Positions 40,460 to 42,552 of a stretch of 42,552 bases of DNA are shown here, one piece after another. The first letter of the stretch is position 1, and each line of letters starts with the position of its first letter. The notes beneath the pieces were generated by a model. That model was not told the DNA's origin. It ran no database searches and saw only the letters and a program-made list of their open reading frames with translations. Origin of the DNA: an uncultured Candidatus Rokubacteria bacterium. GTDB taxonomy: Bacteria; Methylomirabilota; Methylomirabilia; Rokubacteriales; DASRDR01. The stretch lies in the NCBI GenBank assembly GCA_963805625.1, contig CAWDVE010000001.1, positions 1-42,552 of the forward strand, written 5' to 3'. A program made the position numbers and the translations under genes.

Positions 40460-40598
40460 GGGCGCATGTCCAGGTCGGACTTCGTTGCTCAGTAGGTTGC
40501 GGCCGTCAGGACGGGACAACCTGACGCTCGCGATCAGGCCATCGCATCCGGGTCGGACGTGGTTATCCCTGGCGGAGCGTTTATCATTGAGGTAGGTC

Positions 40599-42546
40599 AT
40601 GACGACAGAGACTGACGGCATCGTCTGGCGTCCCACCCCTGAGGTCGCCCAGCGCTCGCGGATCGGCCGCTTCATGCGCACCCATGGGATCGCCACGCTG
40701 GCCGAGCTCCAGCGCCGCTCTGTCGCGGACCTCGCGTGGTACTGGGATGCGGTGGCGCGCGATCTGCAGGTGCGGTGGACAACGCCGTACACGCGCGTGC
40801 TGGATGAGTCGCGCGGCGTTCCATGGCCGATCTGGTTCCCCGGCGGCCGGCTGAACTTCACCGACAACTGCCTGGATCGTCACGTGGATGCGGGCCGTGG
40901 GGCCAAGCCGGCGGTCGTCTGGGAGGGGGACGATGGCCAGACACGCACGCTGACCTACGCGGAGCTGGCGGCCGAGGTGAACCGTCTGGCGAACGCCCTG
41001 CAGGGGCTCGGCGTCGGGGAGGGCGACCGCGTCGGGATCTTCCTGCCGATGTCGCCCGAGGCCGCGATCGCCACGCTCGCGGTGGTGAAGATCGGCGCCA
41101 TTTACACGCCGTGCTTCTCCGGATTCGGCGCGGGGGCCGTGGCGTCCCGCCTGGCCGACTGCGAAGCCACGCTCGTGATCACGGCGGACGGATTCTACCG
41201 TCGCGGCCAGGTCGTCACGCTGAAGGAGACGGCCGACGAGGCCGTGGCCCAGTGCCCCACGGTCAAGACGCTGCTCGTCCATCGTCGCCTCGGCCGCGAG
41301 GTCGCCTGGACGAGGGGGCGCGACCACTGGTGGCACGAGGCCCTCGCCGGTCACAGTGACCGTGCGGCGGCGCGGCCGGTCGAGGCCGATCGGCCCTGCC
41401 TCATCATCTATACGTCCGGGACGACGGGCCGGCCGAAGGGGGCCGTGCTCACGCATGGCGGCTTCCTCATCAAGGCCGCGCATGATTTCGCCTACTGCAT
41501 GGACGTCGGTGAGGAGGATCGGCTGTTCTGGCTGACCGACCTCGGCTGGCTCATGGGTCCGATGGCGCTCACCGCCGCGCTGTTCCACGGCGGCACCGCG
41601 GTCGTGTTCGAGGGGGTGCCGGACCATCCGAAGCCCGATCGCCTGTGGAGCCTGGTCGAGCGACACCGCATCAGCGTGATGGGGATTTCGCCCACGGCGG
41701 TGCGCGCGCTCATGCAGCACGGACCCGAGCCGGTGCACGCCCACGACCTGTCGTCGCTCCGCATTCTGGGATCGACGGGTGAGCCGTGGAATCCGGAGCC
41801 GTACCGCTGGCTCTTCGAGCACGTGGGCAAGGCGCGGATCCCGATCATCAACTACACGGGCGGCACCGAGATCTCCGGCGGGATCCTCGGCTGCTTTCCG
41901 ATCGCGCCGATCAAGCCCTGCGCGTTCGCGGGCCCGATCCCCGGCATGGCCGCCGAGTGCTTCGGCGAGAACGGCGAGCCGGTGCGCGGGCAGGTCGGCG
42001 AGCTGGTGATCACGAAGCCGTGGCCGGGCATGACGGCGGGGTTCTGGCGCGACCCGGCGCGCTACGAGGAGACGTACTGGTCGCGCTGGCCCGACGTCTG
42101 GGTCCACGGCGACTGGGCGTACGTGGACGCCGACGGGTTCTGGTTCATTCAGGGCCGCTCGGACGACACGCTCAAGATCGCCGGCAAGCGGCTCGGGCCG
42201 GCCGAGGTCGAGTCGGTACTGGTCGGCCATCCCGCCGTCGCCGAGGCTGGCGTCATCGGCGTGCCCCACGCGATCAAGGGCGAGGCCGTCGTCTGCTTCG
42301 TCGTGCTTCGCCCGGGCCAACGCGCCGTCCGAGCCACTCCGTGGCGAGCTGTCGGACCGCGTCGCCAAGGCGATGGGCAAGGCGCTCAAGCCCGAGAAGG
42401 TGCTGTTCACGCGCGACCTCCCGAAGACCCGGAGCGCCAAGATCATGCGCCGCGTGATTCGCGCCACGCACCTGGGGAAGCCGGCCGGCGACGTGTCGTC
42501 GCTCGAGAACCCGGACTCGATTACGGCGATCGCCGAGGCGAGGTGA
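40599..42546 (+). CDS. Acetyl/acyl-CoA synthetase (AMP-forming) with a +1 frameshift near 42320
   Basis: Not in the ORF track; read by hand from ATG 40599: WFPGGRLN, YTSGTTGRPKG, STGEPW, GGTE, HGD, GRSDD; the PKTRSAKIMRR...* end lies in the shifted frame, stop 42544-42546. Confidence 0.88.
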
Positions 42547-42552
42547 CGTCGG

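Overview
High-GC bacterial window that looks like an accessory, heavily rearranged region. The gene content (zinc-ribbon adenylate/guanylate cyclase-AAA-TPR proteins, PF04392-like ABC binding-protein shard, UGSC selenoprotein) suggests a Rokubacteria/Methylomirabilota-like host, but this is inference only. Intact or nearly intact genes: DAO/GcvT-type FAD oxidoreductase, two cupins, a glutamine-synthetase-like plus amidohydrolase pair (split FluG-like), a TPR lipoprotein, two GT-C membrane glycosyltransferases, FlK-type thioesterase, PAP2, PspC, a cyclase/AAA/TPR protein, D-2-hydroxyacid dehydrogenase, MmgE/PrpD, a UGSC selenoprotein read through UGA (with a SECIS-like hairpin), an amidohydrolase-3, a peptide ABC SBP plus two permeases, a sigma-54 activator and an acyl-CoA synthetase. 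Between them is a dense mosaic of gene shards and mobile-element remnants: a tRNA 3'-end (att-like) fragment, five IS91-family pieces, an rve transposase pseudogene and an iteron/palindrome block. The most striking pattern is five co-oriented, 5'-truncated copies of the 3' end of a Cas4/RecB-like PD-(D/E)XK nuclease gene. All five end at the same stop codon and each is followed by different DNA, which suggests a possible anchor-based gene-capture system. No CRISPR array, rRNA or complete tRNA was found. Several single-base frameshifts could be sequencing or assembly errors. All product calls come from motif recognition by eye, not database searches.
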